Source: Chloroflexota bacterium
Lineage (GTDB): Bacteria; Chloroflexota; Anaerolineae; Anaerolineales; UBA11858
DNA length: 63,355 nucleotides
Assembly (NCBI GenBank): GCA_016865865.1
Contig: VGOC01000006.1
Span: 1-63,355 of the forward strand
Direction of reading: 5' to 3'
The notes below the pieces were generated by a model that made no database searches, was not told the origin of the DNA, and was given only the letters and a program-made list of their open reading frames with translations. Shown one piece after another: positions 41,245 to 52,334 of this stretch (positions are counted from its first letter, which is position 1; each line of letters starts with the position of its first letter). A program made the position numbers and the translations under genes.

Positions 41245-42270
41245 TTACGTTTCACGTTCAACGTTTGACGTTTCTAACAACGCGATGAAAACATCTTCCA
41301 GACCTGGGGGAATGGTCTCGATTTTATGGATTTCCAGGCCCTGTTGCCTGGCCGATTTCTTGAGATTTCCGATCACCGCGCCGGAGCTGCCTTCCCGGAC
41401 CCGCAGGTGGAGCCTGTCCCCAAAGGTTTGCACGCTCTCGACGTTTTCGTCTGCCCCCGCCAGGGCCCGGAGTTTGGTCAGCGATTCTCCGCGCAGCTCG
41501 ACGATGCGTTCTTCCAGCCGCCTGCGCAGCGTGGCCGGCTTATCCTCCACCACCAGCCGCCCCTCGCACATAAACCCGACATAGGTGCAGCGCACGGCTT
41601 CGTCCATGTAGGGGGTGCTGACGAGAACGGCGACACCTCCCTCACCTCCCTCCCCGGCTTCGCCACCCCTCCCTCCTCTCCCAATTTGGGAGAGGAGGGA
41701 GGGGCCAGGGGTGGGGGGTGAGGGCGCAACCAGCTTAATAATCAACTGCCAGAAATCCTGCCGCGTGACCGGGTCTACGCCGCCGGTGGGTTCATCGAGC
41801 AATAGGACGCGCGGACGGTGCACCAACGCTGTCGCCAATCCTAGTTTTTGCTTCATGCCCCCGGAGAGCTGTCCGGCGCGGCGATTCGCGAAATCGGCCA
41901 GGCCGACGAATTCGAGGATCTCCATCGCCCGGTCATGCCACTCACTTCGTGGGATGCCGCGCACCTCGGCGAAGAAGCGCAGATTTTCCAACACAGTCAA
42001 CTCCCCATAGAGCGAGAAGCGCTGCGAGAGATAGCCGATCTGCTCACGGGCGCGGTCGGGGTCGCGGATCATCGAATGCCCGCCCACCATGATATCTCCC
42101 CTATCAGGTCGCAGCGCCCCGCACAGCAGCCGTATGGTAGTGGTCTTGCCCGCGCCGTCAGGACCGACCAGACCGTAGATTTCCCCAGCGCGCACTTGCA
42201 GGCTGAGATCGTCCACGGCGGTCGTGCCGCCGAAGGTTTTGGTGAGATTGGTGGCGTGGATGAGTTTCAT
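41245..42270 (-). CDS. ABC-2 type transporter ATP-binding protein with in-frame palindromic insertion
   Basis: GPDGAGKTT, LSGGMKQK, LDEPTGGVDP; insertion PSPPTPGPSLLSQIGRGGRGGEAGEGGEG. Confidence 0.92.
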   Translation of the reverse strand: MKLIHATNLTKTFGGTTAVDDLSLQVRAGEIYGLVGPDGAGKTTTIRLLCGALRPDRGDIMVGGHSMIRDPDRAREQIGYLSQRFSLYGELTVLENLRFFAEVRGIPRSEWHDRAMEILEFVGLADFANRRAGQLSGGMKQKLGLATALVHRPRVLLLDEPTGGVDPVTRQDFWQLIIKLVAPSPPTPGPSLLSQIGRGGRGGEAGEGGEGGVAVLVSTPYMDEAVRCTYVGFMCEGRLVVEDKPATLRRRLEERIVELRGESLTKLRALAGADENVESVQTFGDRLHLRVREGSSGAVIGNLKKSARQQGLEIHKIETIPPGLEDVFIALLETSNVERET

Positions 42271-42274
42271 AATC

Positions 42275-42378
42275 TTGGAAGCTGGATGTTGGAAGTTGGA
42301 TGTTAGGAGGAGTCACGAAATCACTCCAACATCCAACATCCAACATCCAATATCCAATCTCCAGTCTCTAATCTCCAA
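42275..42378. repeat. Inverted heptamer arrays (TTGGATG / CATCCAA)
   Basis: ttggaagctggatgttggaagttggatg ... tccaacatccaacatccaacatccaatatccaat. Confidence 0.85.
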
Positions 42379-43708
42379 ACACCACATCCGCCGGCATGCC
42401 TGGCTTGAGCCTGCCATCAGGGTTTTCGACGGAAAGCTTGACAGCGAAGACGGTTGTGCGGCGGCCTTCGGCGGTCTGCACATTACGAGGGGTGAATTCG
42501 GCCTCGTCGGCGATGCGAGTCACTGTCGCCTCGAATATCTCGCCGGGGAAGGAGTCTACCGTCACGCTGACCTCCTGCCCCAACACGATCTCGCCATAGC
42601 GATCTTCAGGGACATAGACGGTGATCGTCAGGCTGTCCAGGCGAGCCAGGGTCAACAGGGGCACGCCGGGCTGCACCACCTCGCCAGGCTCCACCGAGCG
42701 ATACAAAACGATGCCATCCATCGGCGCAGTGATAGTCAATTTATCCAGTTGGGCGCGAATGACCGCTGCGGCAGCCTGGGCAGTATCAATCTGCGCCTGG
42801 GCAACCGCCAGTTCTTCGGCGCTCGCTCCAGATTGCGCCAGCGCTAATTGTGATTGGGCGTTCTTTAAGCGCGCCTCAGCCAGAGCAAGCGCATCGGGGT
42901 CAGCCCCATCGGCCATCTTTTCGTACTGTCGCTGGGCATCCGCCAGATGAGCCTGGGCCGCCGCCAAATCCGCTTCGGCCTGAGCCAGATCGATTTCGTT
43001 CGCTCCTCCGGTCAAATTATTGAGCAGCCGGACAGCGTTATCATACACCGCCTGAGCCTGCGCTTTGACGCTCAATAACGCTGCGCGAGTCAGATCATCC
43101 TCTGGCTTGTTCTCATAGGGTTCGTAATCTTCGACGGCTTTGTCCAGCTTATCCTTTGCCAAAACGACATTAGCCTCGGCCTGCTCGATATCCGTTTGTT
43201 TGGAAGTCCCCAGCAAATTATCCACTTGCCGCTGGGCATCGCGCACGGCATCGCGGGCATCGGCGATGGTCTGGAGCGCGGCAGCCCTGGCAAGATCTAC
43301 ATCTTCATAGAGATTGTCCAGGGCTTGTTGCGCATTGACCAATTCCAACTCAGCCGTAGAAATGGCAGCCTGACGTTTTTCGAAGGACAGACCCGCGGCG
43401 ATGAGGTCGTAGTTAGCCTGGGCCTGTTTCAGGGCTGCTTCAGCCTGATCGAGTTGGGCCAGCAGCAAAGCGTCGTTGAAACGCGCCAGGCCTTCACCAG
43501 CCTCCACCCGATCCCCCTCTTCGACAAGGATTTCCTCGATCCGGCCGCCGAACTCGGGCGCGATGACCACTTCGACAGCTTCCACTGTGCCAGAAGCCTG
43601 TAGCACGCCATCTTGCTCAGCGACGACCCAATTGAAGTAATAAACCGTCCCTGCAATGATGAGCAAAATAAAAATCACGGGGATGATGCGAGTTATTTTA
43701 GTGTGCAT
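42368..43708 (-). CDS. HlyD-family efflux membrane fusion protein
   Basis: N-terminal TM, ASGTVEA, long coiled coil, AEFTPRNVQT, LKPGMPADV. Confidence 0.92.
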   Translation of the reverse strand: MHTKITRIIPVIFILLIIAGTVYYFNWVVAEQDGVLQASGTVEAVEVVIAPEFGGRIEEILVEEGDRVEAGEGLARFNDALLLAQLDQAEAALKQAQANYDLIAAGLSFEKRQAAISTAELELVNAQQALDNLYEDVDLARAAALQTIADARDAVRDAQRQVDNLLGTSKQTDIEQAEANVVLAKDKLDKAVEDYEPYENKPEDDLTRAALLSVKAQAQAVYDNAVRLLNNLTGGANEIDLAQAEADLAAAQAHLADAQRQYEKMADGADPDALALAEARLKNAQSQLALAQSGASAEELAVAQAQIDTAQAAAAVIRAQLDKLTITAPMDGIVLYRSVEPGEVVQPGVPLLTLARLDSLTITVYVPEDRYGEIVLGQEVSVTVDSFPGEIFEATVTRIADEAEFTPRNVQTAEGRRTTVFAVKLSVENPDGRLKPGMPADVVFGD

Positions 43709-43803
43709 AGGTACCTCCGAAACAGTTGAAGGTTATGAGTTGAAGGTTGAAGGTTGAAGGTTTTCTCAGCGGTCAGCGGTCGTCTGTCGTCTGTCGTCCG
43801 TTG

Positions 43804-44937
43804 TCAGTCCAACCGTTTGCGGAAGCGCATGGCTGCCGCGGTCATCAATACGATGCCGAAGATCACCAGGGCGATGACCTCGTTCTGCAGGGCTGACACA
43901 CTGGTGCCTTTCAACAACAGAGAACGAATGATCACCAGATAGTAACGCAAGGGTAAGACATACGATACCCATCGTAAAACCAGCGGCATGGCCTCCAACG
44001 GGAAGAAAAATCCAGAAAGGAAAATCGTGGGTAGCAGCAGCATCCACACCGTCAACATAGCCTCCTGTTGGGTATTGGCGATGGTCGAGGCCAGCAAACC
44101 GATGCTCAGGCTGGTCACCAGGAAGAGGGACGAGAGCAGCATAATCACCCACATCTCGCTGCGCACCGGGACGCCGAACCACCATGAGCCGATCACCAGC
44201 ACTTCGACGGTGTTGGTCAATGCAAGGATCACATAAGGCAGCAGCTTGCCGACCACCAGTTCCCAGGGGCGGATGGGGGTGACGATCAACTGCTCCATGG
44301 TGCCGCGCTCGCGCTCGCGCACGATCGTGGTGGCGGTGAGAATCGAGGTGATGGCAAACAGGATCATGCCGATGATCGCCGGGATCATGAAGTAGGCGTC
44401 TACCAGGTCAGGGTTGTACCAGACTTGCGTACGGATCTCCAACGGCATCTCGCCCGAAATGGGAACACCAGCCCGGCTCAAGCGCTGCTGCTGGATCTCG
44501 GTGGCGTGCTGCCAGCCGATCTGTTGGGCGGCGGCCAGGGCGGTCGAAGTTGCTGTGGGATCAGAGCCATCGAAGACAAAGACCACCTTGGCGCTGCCGT
44601 TGCCCCCAATTTCCGCGCTGTAATTCGGTGGAATGATCAGCCCCAGGCGGGCGTCGCCGGCTTCGATCAACTCCCGAATTTGAGCCTCCGAGTCGACATC
44701 GAAGGCGATGTCGAAATAATCAGCGGCGCGGTAGGCAGCCAGCAGCGCCCGCGCTGCCGGCCCCCGATCCTGGTCGAACACCGCCATCGGCAGGTTGCGG
44801 ATGTTGTTGGTGGCGGCATACCCCAATAAGAACAATTGCATGATGGGGATGAACAAGATCAGCATCAGGGTGCGCGGGTCGCGCCAGATTTGGATGAATT
44901 CCTTGCGGATGAGGGAGAGCAGGCGGGAGTTGAGCAT
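43804..44937 (-). CDS. ABC-2 type transporter permease
   Basis: KEFIQIWRD, WYNP, RERERGTMEQL.VTP, LSGFFFP. Confidence 0.92.
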   Translation of the reverse strand: MLNSRLLSLIRKEFIQIWRDPRTLMLILFIPIMQLFLLGYAATNNIRNLPMAVFDQDRGPAARALLAAYRAADYFDIAFDVDSEAQIRELIEAGDARLGLIIPPNYSAEIGGNGSAKVVFVFDGSDPTATSTALAAAQQIGWQHATEIQQQRLSRAGVPISGEMPLEIRTQVWYNPDLVDAYFMIPAIIGMILFAITSILTATTIVRERERGTMEQLIVTPIRPWELVVGKLLPYVILALTNTVEVLVIGSWWFGVPVRSEMWVIMLLSSLFLVTSLSIGLLASTIANTQQEAMLTVWMLLLPTIFLSGFFFPLEAMPLVLRWVSYVLPLRYYLVIIRSLLLKGTSVSALQNEVIALVIFGIVLMTAAAMRFRKRLD

Positions 44938-44995
44938 GGCTGCACCGTTCAAGTTACAAGTTGCGAGTTGTGAGTTAGGAGTTAGGAGTTGTGGA

Positions 44996-45640
44996 TTAGG
45001 TTTTTTTGAAGATGAGCGTGTAATAGAAAAAGTTACCGATTTTCTCTTTCAAGCGGAAGCCTTCGGACTCGACCCGGCGCGTGAGTGCATTTGCCAGGGG
45101 ATAATCTGGATCCGGGAACAATTCACTGAAAACCAACCTCCCGTCAGGCTTCAACACCCGGTGAAATTCAGCCAACGCCCGAGGAACATCGGGGATTTCG
45201 CCGATCACGGTGATCATGAAAATGAGATCGAAGATTCCATCATCGAAGGGGAGATCATAAACATCGGCGACGCGGGCTTCGAGATTGACAACACCCTCGG
45301 CCCGGATGCGGCGGTTCAGACGCTCGATGATCTTGGGTTCGATGTCAATGGCGACGACTTTGCCCTCGGGGCCAACCCGCCGCGCCGCGGCCAGAGTGTA
45401 TGTCCCCGTGCCGGGGCCGACTTCGAGCACGCACATGCCTGGCCGGATGCCATGGCGGATGGCGGTTTTATCGGGTGGTTGGATGAATTTCCGCCTCAAC
45501 GGGTGGTCTATCAATTGCGTCAAAGCCTGAGGAATAGGGAATTTGGAAAAATGGCGCGCCAGCCGAACGGTAATATGCAGCGCAATGATGGCCAGAGGTA
45601 CTCCACAACAGACGGCAAATATCCATTCAGACATTTTCAC
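44996..45640 (-). CDS. Class I SAM-dependent methyltransferase
   Basis: VLEVGPGTG, LPFDDGIFD, RVLKPDG. Confidence 0.9.
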   Translation of the reverse strand: MKMSEWIFAVCCGVPLAIIALHITVRLARHFSKFPIPQALTQLIDHPLRRKFIQPPDKTAIRHGIRPGMCVLEVGPGTGTYTLAAARRVGPEGKVVAIDIEPKIIERLNRRIRAEGVVNLEARVADVYDLPFDDGIFDLIFMITVIGEIPDVPRALAEFHRVLKPDGRLVFSELFPDPDYPLANALTRRVESEGFRLKEKIGNFFYYTLIFKKT

Positions 45641-46275
45641 ACCTGCTTTCCCAGAACGCCATGTAGATAAATATCCACAAAATGCTGCATGGCATTTTGG
45701 CTGAATTCGGGGGAAGCGATGTTGGCGAAAACCAGTTCTGTGAGGAAATACGAAAAGAACAAGCCGATGAAAGCGCGAACCAACATTGGCTCGGGGATCG
45801 GTCGCAATTTGTCCGGGGCATTTTTCATACGCTCCAGAATACGCATCGCGCGCGGCAGCAGTTCGGTAAAGAGTTCTCGCGTGTGGACGTTTTTGAATTC
45901 GACGATCTCGATAAACATGAGGTTGAGGAAATGGGGCCGCTTTTTGAGCGCCGCCAGCATTTGTTCGGCGGCGTTGCGCACGAATTCCTCCACGGTTTGC
46001 CCCTCAGCCTGCTCGATAGCAGGGATAACATCATAATAAGGATGATGGGCTAAGAATACAGCTTCGAAAATATCTTCCTTGCCGGAGAAATGGTTATATA
46101 TGCCGCCAACAGCAATCCCGGTATTGTCGGCAATCTGGCGCATGGAGGTGCCATGATAGCCCTGGAGGATAAAAAGCTCGTGGGCTGCCTGGACGATAGC
46201 CTCGCGTGTAAGTTCTCCTTTGGTCAGATCAGGTGATGGCATAACGACCTTTCGTGAACGAACGTTCGTTTCCAT
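45637..46275 (-). CDS. TetR/AcrR family regulator
   Basis: TREAIVQAA..F..GYHGTSMRQIA..G.IYNHF..KE; start may be 46242. Confidence 0.9.
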   Translation of the reverse strand: METNVRSRKVVMPSPDLTKGELTREAIVQAAHELFILQGYHGTSMRQIADNTGIAVGGIYNHFSGKEDIFEAVFLAHHPYYDVIPAIEQAEGQTVEEFVRNAAEQMLAALKKRPHFLNLMFIEIVEFKNVHTRELFTELLPRAMRILERMKNAPDKLRPIPEPMLVRAFIGLFFSYFLTELVFANIASPEFSQNAMQHFVDIYLHGVLGKQV

Positions 46276-46314
46276 AATAGCAAATTATCCCCATGGAGTC
46301 AAGCGCGTAAAATC

Positions 46315-46347
46315 AAACTTCGGAAATCTTTGAGATTTCCGAAGTTT
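46315..46347. repeat. Palindrome aaacttcggaaatct-ttg-agatttccgaagttt (ETSEV-type repeat family)
   Basis: Perfect 15-bp arms; related to the element at 30960-31024. Confidence 0.75.
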
Positions 46348-46380
46348 GGCTTCTTGATATCAGGCTTGATCTTTCGGATA

Positions 46381-47343
46381 TCAGTAGTCCAGAAGAACCC
46401 AAGGCGCTAATTGCCGGGCAATAAACCGATGTCCTGTGACGTTGGGATGCCATACCCCGGGGGCATAGTACGCGGGCAACTCCCCGCTCTCTTCGAAAGC
46501 TTCCAGCAGATCGAGATATTGAATATCGTTCTCTTCTAGAAACACCCCAATTTCTTTGTTCATCTCCTCCAGGGGATAATTCTGAAAAGTGCCTGAGAAG
46601 ATCGGCAGCAATACCACTCGAAAAACGACCCCTTCTTGCTCCAGCAGGTCTCTCATTTCGAGTATCTTCTCGAAAACCTCATCCTTGTTCTTGTGGAAAA
46701 AATATTCATGGAAATCGCCCCCAATCAATCTACGGTAGGCCTTCTCGGCCGTCATCAAAAAGAAACTTTTGGGTTTTTGGAAATAGAGAATTTTGTCGCC
46801 AGAGGCTTGGGTGAAATCGAAATCGTTCATGCACATCGCATAAACGACGATATCTGGTGAAAACCCCAACACTTTCGTCCGAATCATCTCGTAGATCTGG
46901 GGCGTGTTGTAACCGTCTACAGCAAAATCGAGCGCCTGAACCTGATATTGTAATTCCAACTGACCCGCTTCGATCTCGAACTGGCGGACGAACGTCTCTT
47001 CCAGTTCGACGCCCATTCCTAACGTGACCGAGTCACCCGCAAACGCTACCCGAAGGGTATTCTCCGGTTTGGCGGTCGATTCGTAATCGAGGTCTCTGAA
47101 TCCATAGCGATTGGTCTTGATCCCTTCATTCTCGCCATAAGGACGGTATTCCCACATCAGCACAGGGTTTGGCGAAGGGATGGTAATTTTTCCGAACCAT
47201 CCGTAGTTGTCGAAATCAGCCTTCCAGCGATAATAGAGGATGTTACTGATGATCTCGAAAGTGCCAATGAACAGAACAGCGGATAGAATCGAACTGAGTA
47301 GAATCAATCCCACTTTAGACTTGGCAAAAGAGAACATATTCAA
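46381..47343 (-). CDS. SGNH/GDSL hydrolase family membrane-anchored protein
   Basis: TNRYGFRD, AGDSVTLG, MND, WHPNVTGH. Confidence 0.85.
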   Translation of the reverse strand: MNMFSFAKSKVGLILLSSILSAVLFIGTFEIISNILYYRWKADFDNYGWFGKITIPSPNPVLMWEYRPYGENEGIKTNRYGFRDLDYESTAKPENTLRVAFAGDSVTLGMGVELEETFVRQFEIEAGQLELQYQVQALDFAVDGYNTPQIYEMIRTKVLGFSPDIVVYAMCMNDFDFTQASGDKILYFQKPKSFFLMTAEKAYRRLIGGDFHEYFFHKNKDEVFEKILEMRDLLEQEGVVFRVVLLPIFSGTFQNYPLEEMNKEIGVFLEENDIQYLDLLEAFEESGELPAYYAPGVWHPNVTGHRFIARQLAPWVLLDY

Positions 47344-47365
47344 TGTTTCGGAAAGTGTTGATATT

Positions 47366-47578
47366 CTATAGCTGAGAGACCTGGCGTAAAAAACTAAAGA
47401 GCGTAACGCCCAGCTTGGCGCCCTCGCCAGGGGTCAGTTTGATCCCCTCTTCTTGATCAGCGCGTTGGATGAGCAGGTAGGCTGTCCCTAAACCGGTCAG
47501 GGCGCCAAGGACGATTCCGATAATCAACACTTTCGTCTTCCATTTTTCAGATGGGATTCGTTCGTTTGTGGTTGTCAT
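47366..47578 (-). CDS. Small single-TM hypothetical protein
   Basis: 70 aa, overlapping upstream stop, one TM. Confidence 0.65.
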   Translation of the reverse strand: MTTTNERIPSEKWKTKVLIIGIVLGALTGLGTAYLLIQRADQEEGIKLTPGEGAKLGVTLFSFLRQVSQL

Positions 47579-48042
47579 AGTTCTCGAGGTCCTTCGTCAG
47601 GGAAATCATTGCGTATTTTTCGGGGTGTGAGTTCACGTCTCAAGGCGTGCATGCTGGCGGCTGCGCTTTTCATTTGCAAAGCTGGCTCCACCGCCTTATC
47701 GGCTGCCTTCCGAACGCCAGCTCGGATACGGTCGAAGAAGCCTTGCAAGAGGTAGAATTTCTGGGGCAAAAACCCCAGGAGGCGAGCCATCCCATAGATC
47801 AAGCCGATCAATACAGCCAAAAGGATGAAGGCCATCACCAGGAGGGGGACGATCAAAAAGATCAGAGAGACATCGGCGGCCTGGCTGGTGTTTCCTCCTC
47901 CCGAAGGAGCCATGACCGCCAAAACAGCCAATCCCAGCACAGCAAGCCCACCAAGGATCAGAGGGAAGGCGATCTGCCAGAAGGTTTCCTTGCGGTGGAC
48001 TTGCCTGGTGATAAGGTTTCGTGTAGGCCTTTGCGCTTGCAT
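47575..48042 (-). CDS. Two-TM hypothetical membrane protein
   Basis: HRKETFWQIAFPL followed by two TM helices. Confidence 0.65.
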   Translation of the reverse strand: MQAQRPTRNLITRQVHRKETFWQIAFPLILGGLAVLGLAVLAVMAPSGGGNTSQAADVSLIFLIVPLLVMAFILLAVLIGLIYGMARLLGFLPQKFYLLQGFFDRIRAGVRKAADKAVEPALQMKSAAASMHALRRELTPRKIRNDFPDEGPREL

Positions 48043-48117
48043 AACGATTGTATTGTAGCACAACTTATATTTGGCGCGTATACCACAGCGGCCTCTCCGC
48101 TGATATACTTGACGGAA

Positions 48118-49362
48118 ATGAACACCACCTCTGATAACCCCCAAAATGGGCTGCGCACCCTGCCCCGTAACGTCTGGGCGCTGGGACTCACCAGTTTCTT
48201 CACCGACATCTCTAGCGAGATGGTCTTGAACCTGGTGCCGTTATTCCTCTTCAACGTCATCGGCGTCAAAACCAGCTTGATCGGTCTGATCGAGGGGATC
48301 GCCGAATCGACGGCCAGCCTGCTGAAGGTTTTCTCCGGTTATCTCTCGGATCGCATCGGCCAGCGCAAATGGCTGACGGTGAGCGGCTACGCTCTCTCGG
48401 CGGTCGCCAAACCCTTGTTGTACTTCGCCAACACCTGGGGCTGGGTGCTGGGCATCCGCTTCATTGACCGCACCGGCAAGGGCATCCGCACCGCGCCGCG
48501 AGATGCGCTGATCGCCGACAGCATCCATGAGGATCAGCGCGGGCTGGCTTTCGGCGTCCACCGCGCCGCCGATACAGGCGGGGCGATGATCGGCCTGATC
48601 ATCGCTGCGCTGGTGGTGTGGGGCGCGCAGGCCGGATTGCACACCCTGGCGCGCGATACCTTCCAGACCGTTGTGCTGCTCAGCATCGTCCCCGGCCTGT
48701 TGGGGGTGTTGAGCGTCGCGTTGGGGGCGCGCGAGACCAGCGAAGTGCGCCGCCCAGCCCAGCCTCCGCGCCTCTCGCTGCGCAGCTTCGACTCTCGTTT
48801 CAAGGCCTTTCTTTTCATCGTCGTGCTGTTCACACTGGGGAACTCCTCCGATGCTTTCTTGATCTTGAGGGCGCAGGAACGCGGCCTCAGCGTGCTGCAA
48901 GTCATGGGGATGTTGATCACCTTCACCCTGGTCTACACAGTGATCTCCGGCCCGGCAGGGGCGCTCTCCGACCGGGTGGGGCGTCAGCGTTTACTGGTCG
49001 GCGGCTGGCTGGTATACGGGTTGATCTACCTGGGCTTTGCGCTTGCCAGGTCTGGCTGGCAGGTTTGGGGTTTGTACGCGCTGTATGGGGTATATTACGG
49101 CATGGTCGAAGGTACGGCCAAAGCCTTCGTCGCTGATTTGGTCTCCCCCAAACAACGCGGCACGGCTTACGGGGTGTACAACGCCGCCGTTGGCCTGACG
49201 GCGTTCCCGGCCTCGTTCATCGCCGGGCTGCTGTGGCAGGGCGCAGGCGCATGGGGTGGATTCGGCCCCTCCGCGCCTTTCTTCTTCGGGGCCGGCCTGG
49301 CCTTGATGGCGACGGCACTCATTCGAATCTGGTTGCCCCGGCAGAAAGAGATTGTTCCATAG
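48118..49362 (+). CDS. MFS transporter
   Basis: SFFTDISSEM, GYLSDRIGQRK, DRTGKGIRTAPRDALIAD. Confidence 0.92.
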   Translation: MNTTSDNPQNGLRTLPRNVWALGLTSFFTDISSEMVLNLVPLFLFNVIGVKTSLIGLIEGIAESTASLLKVFSGYLSDRIGQRKWLTVSGYALSAVAKPLLYFANTWGWVLGIRFIDRTGKGIRTAPRDALIADSIHEDQRGLAFGVHRAADTGGAMIGLIIAALVVWGAQAGLHTLARDTFQTVVLLSIVPGLLGVLSVALGARETSEVRRPAQPPRLSLRSFDSRFKAFLFIVVLFTLGNSSDAFLILRAQERGLSVLQVMGMLITFTLVYTVISGPAGALSDRVGRQRLLVGGWLVYGLIYLGFALARSGWQVWGLYALYGVYYGMVEGTAKAFVADLVSPKQRGTAYGVYNAAVGLTAFPASFIAGLLWQGAGAWGGFGPSAPFFFGAGLALMATALIRIWLPRQKEIVP

Positions 49363-49388
49363 AACGTAACTGAACAGTTACCATCCTC

Positions 49389-50558
49389 CTATACCAGACG
49401 CGTGATGCTGACGCGGGTGTAAATATCTAATTTCTCAAGCTCCTCGAAGAATGGTTCAGGCTCGATGACAATTTCAGGGGGGTAGACGCCGGGGGCGATC
49501 TTCCCTTCGGCCAGCCAGATGGCCGCCAGGGCTGGCACAGCCCCGGTCGGCAGGGCGCCTTTACAGGTCATCGTCCCCAAGCGATAGGTGACATCTTTTC
49601 CATTCTTAGTACCCTTGATCTCGGAGACGATCTCCTTGACCCAATCGGGAGGCCGGTTCTTGGGCGGAGACAGGAACTCGGTGATCTCCGGGACGTAACT
49701 GGACATCATGGCGATCATGAAGTCTCGCGGCGCGACCAACTGCCCATTGACATCCACCGGCTCGCGGCGGTCGAAACCGAAATCAACCAACACGCGCACC
49801 TTTTCGACGGTCTGTTTGGCCATGCCCCAGTAATTGATCTTGAAGAAACACTCTCTGACGCCCTTATGGGCAAACGACGCTGGCAGCGTGGCTACTTCGG
49901 AGTGCAGCGAGAGGTGCATGGGCAGCGCTCCCAGCGGCTCGACGAACCAATAATCTTCTAAGCCGCTCAAGGGGGGTTTGGCTCTGAATTCGCCCTCCTC
50001 GAAGACCATTGGCTCCACGGTCAGCTCATCAACGATGGTCGGCACAGCATAGGTGAAGCGCAGATCATCGGGCGGCGGCGGCTTGATGCCGTCATAGATT
50101 TTGATACTCTCGATCGTGTCCAGACGGTCGGCGGCATAACGAGCCTGGATATTGGGCATGCCGGGCGCAGAGCCTAACCCCAGGATGGCGCTGACTCCGG
50201 CGGCGTCGAAGCGATCGTGCAGTTCGAGCTGCTTGCGAGTGGTGAAGAACAACCCTCCCATATCGTTGTAATGGACGCCAGCCTCCAGGCAGGCTTCCAT
50301 GACCTTCAGGTTGGTGTAATAGACGGTGGCGTTCAGGCAAACGTCCGAACCTTTCAAGGCGGCTACGAAATCTTCCTTGTCGTTGATATCCACCTGACGA
50401 ACGCTGACCTTGGGGACGCCGAGATAATCGGCCACAACCTGGGCGGTCTTCATGTCAATGTCAGCGATGACCACTTCGTCGACGCGCGGATCATTGGCCA
50501 ATGTCTGGACCGAGATGCAGCCCATTTTCCCAGCGCCGCCTAGAACAGTAATCCGCAT
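49389..50558 (-). CDS. Saccharopine dehydrogenase / lysine 6-dehydrogenase family oxidoreductase
   Basis: VLGGAGKMG, HYNDMGG, GLGSAPG, HSEVATLP. Confidence 0.88.
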   Translation of the reverse strand: MRITVLGGAGKMGCISVQTLANDPRVDEVVIADIDMKTAQVVADYLGVPKVSVRQVDINDKEDFVAALKGSDVCLNATVYYTNLKVMEACLEAGVHYNDMGGLFFTTRKQLELHDRFDAAGVSAILGLGSAPGMPNIQARYAADRLDTIESIKIYDGIKPPPPDDLRFTYAVPTIVDELTVEPMVFEEGEFRAKPPLSGLEDYWFVEPLGALPMHLSLHSEVATLPASFAHKGVRECFFKINYWGMAKQTVEKVRVLVDFGFDRREPVDVNGQLVAPRDFMIAMMSSYVPEITEFLSPPKNRPPDWVKEIVSEIKGTKNGKDVTYRLGTMTCKGALPTGAVPALAAIWLAEGKIAPGVYPPEIVIEPEPFFEELEKLDIYTRVSITRLV

Positions 50559-50576
50559 TTCTGCCTCCTGGATGAT

Positions 50577-51884
<1,308 letters not shown>

Positions 51885-51914
51885 TTATGCCTCCAATCGG
51901 TAGAGTTTGTCGAG

Positions 51915-52038
51915 CAAACCCTCGATCGCTCTGAAGCTCGAATAATGGAACCACCGCAGGAAAACACCTGCGCCGAGGCGTCCCTATGACGCTGAGGCCA
52001 TTCCTCGCAGGCGGCAACCCGGGCAACCGGGCGAGGTT
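51915..52038 (-). promoter_or_regulatory. Candidate structured 5' leader RNA
   Basis: Stems gcgtc/gacgc and cgcagg/cctgcg closed by aatgg/ccatt, between a TATACT -10 and the GGAGG RBS. Confidence 0.35.
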
Positions 52039-52110
52039 TTTTCTCCAACCTAGTATATCATGGCAAGGGTGTATAATCAGATTCAAGACTCGAATGTACC
52101 GAGGTGTAAA

Positions 52111-52272
52111 ATGGCAAAAGATAAGAAGGCGCGGTTCTTAGATCGTTACATCGTTATTGACCCAGAAATTTGTCACGGCGAACCCACTTTTCGTGGAACA
52201 CGAATAACGAGTTCCTGCGTGAACATTCTTGACGAGCAAATCGTTGAAAGCCAGCGGCAAAATATGGGTTGA
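52111..52272 (+). pseudogene. Collapsed DUF433 antitoxin / PIN-like toxin remnant
   Basis: YIVIDPEICHGEPTFRGTRI fused to VNILDEQIVESQRQ. Confidence 0.7.
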
Positions 52273-52334
52273 AAATCACAACCTATTTATGACAGACTAT
52301 TGACTTTTCCAGCGCCAACATCTACACTTGATTC

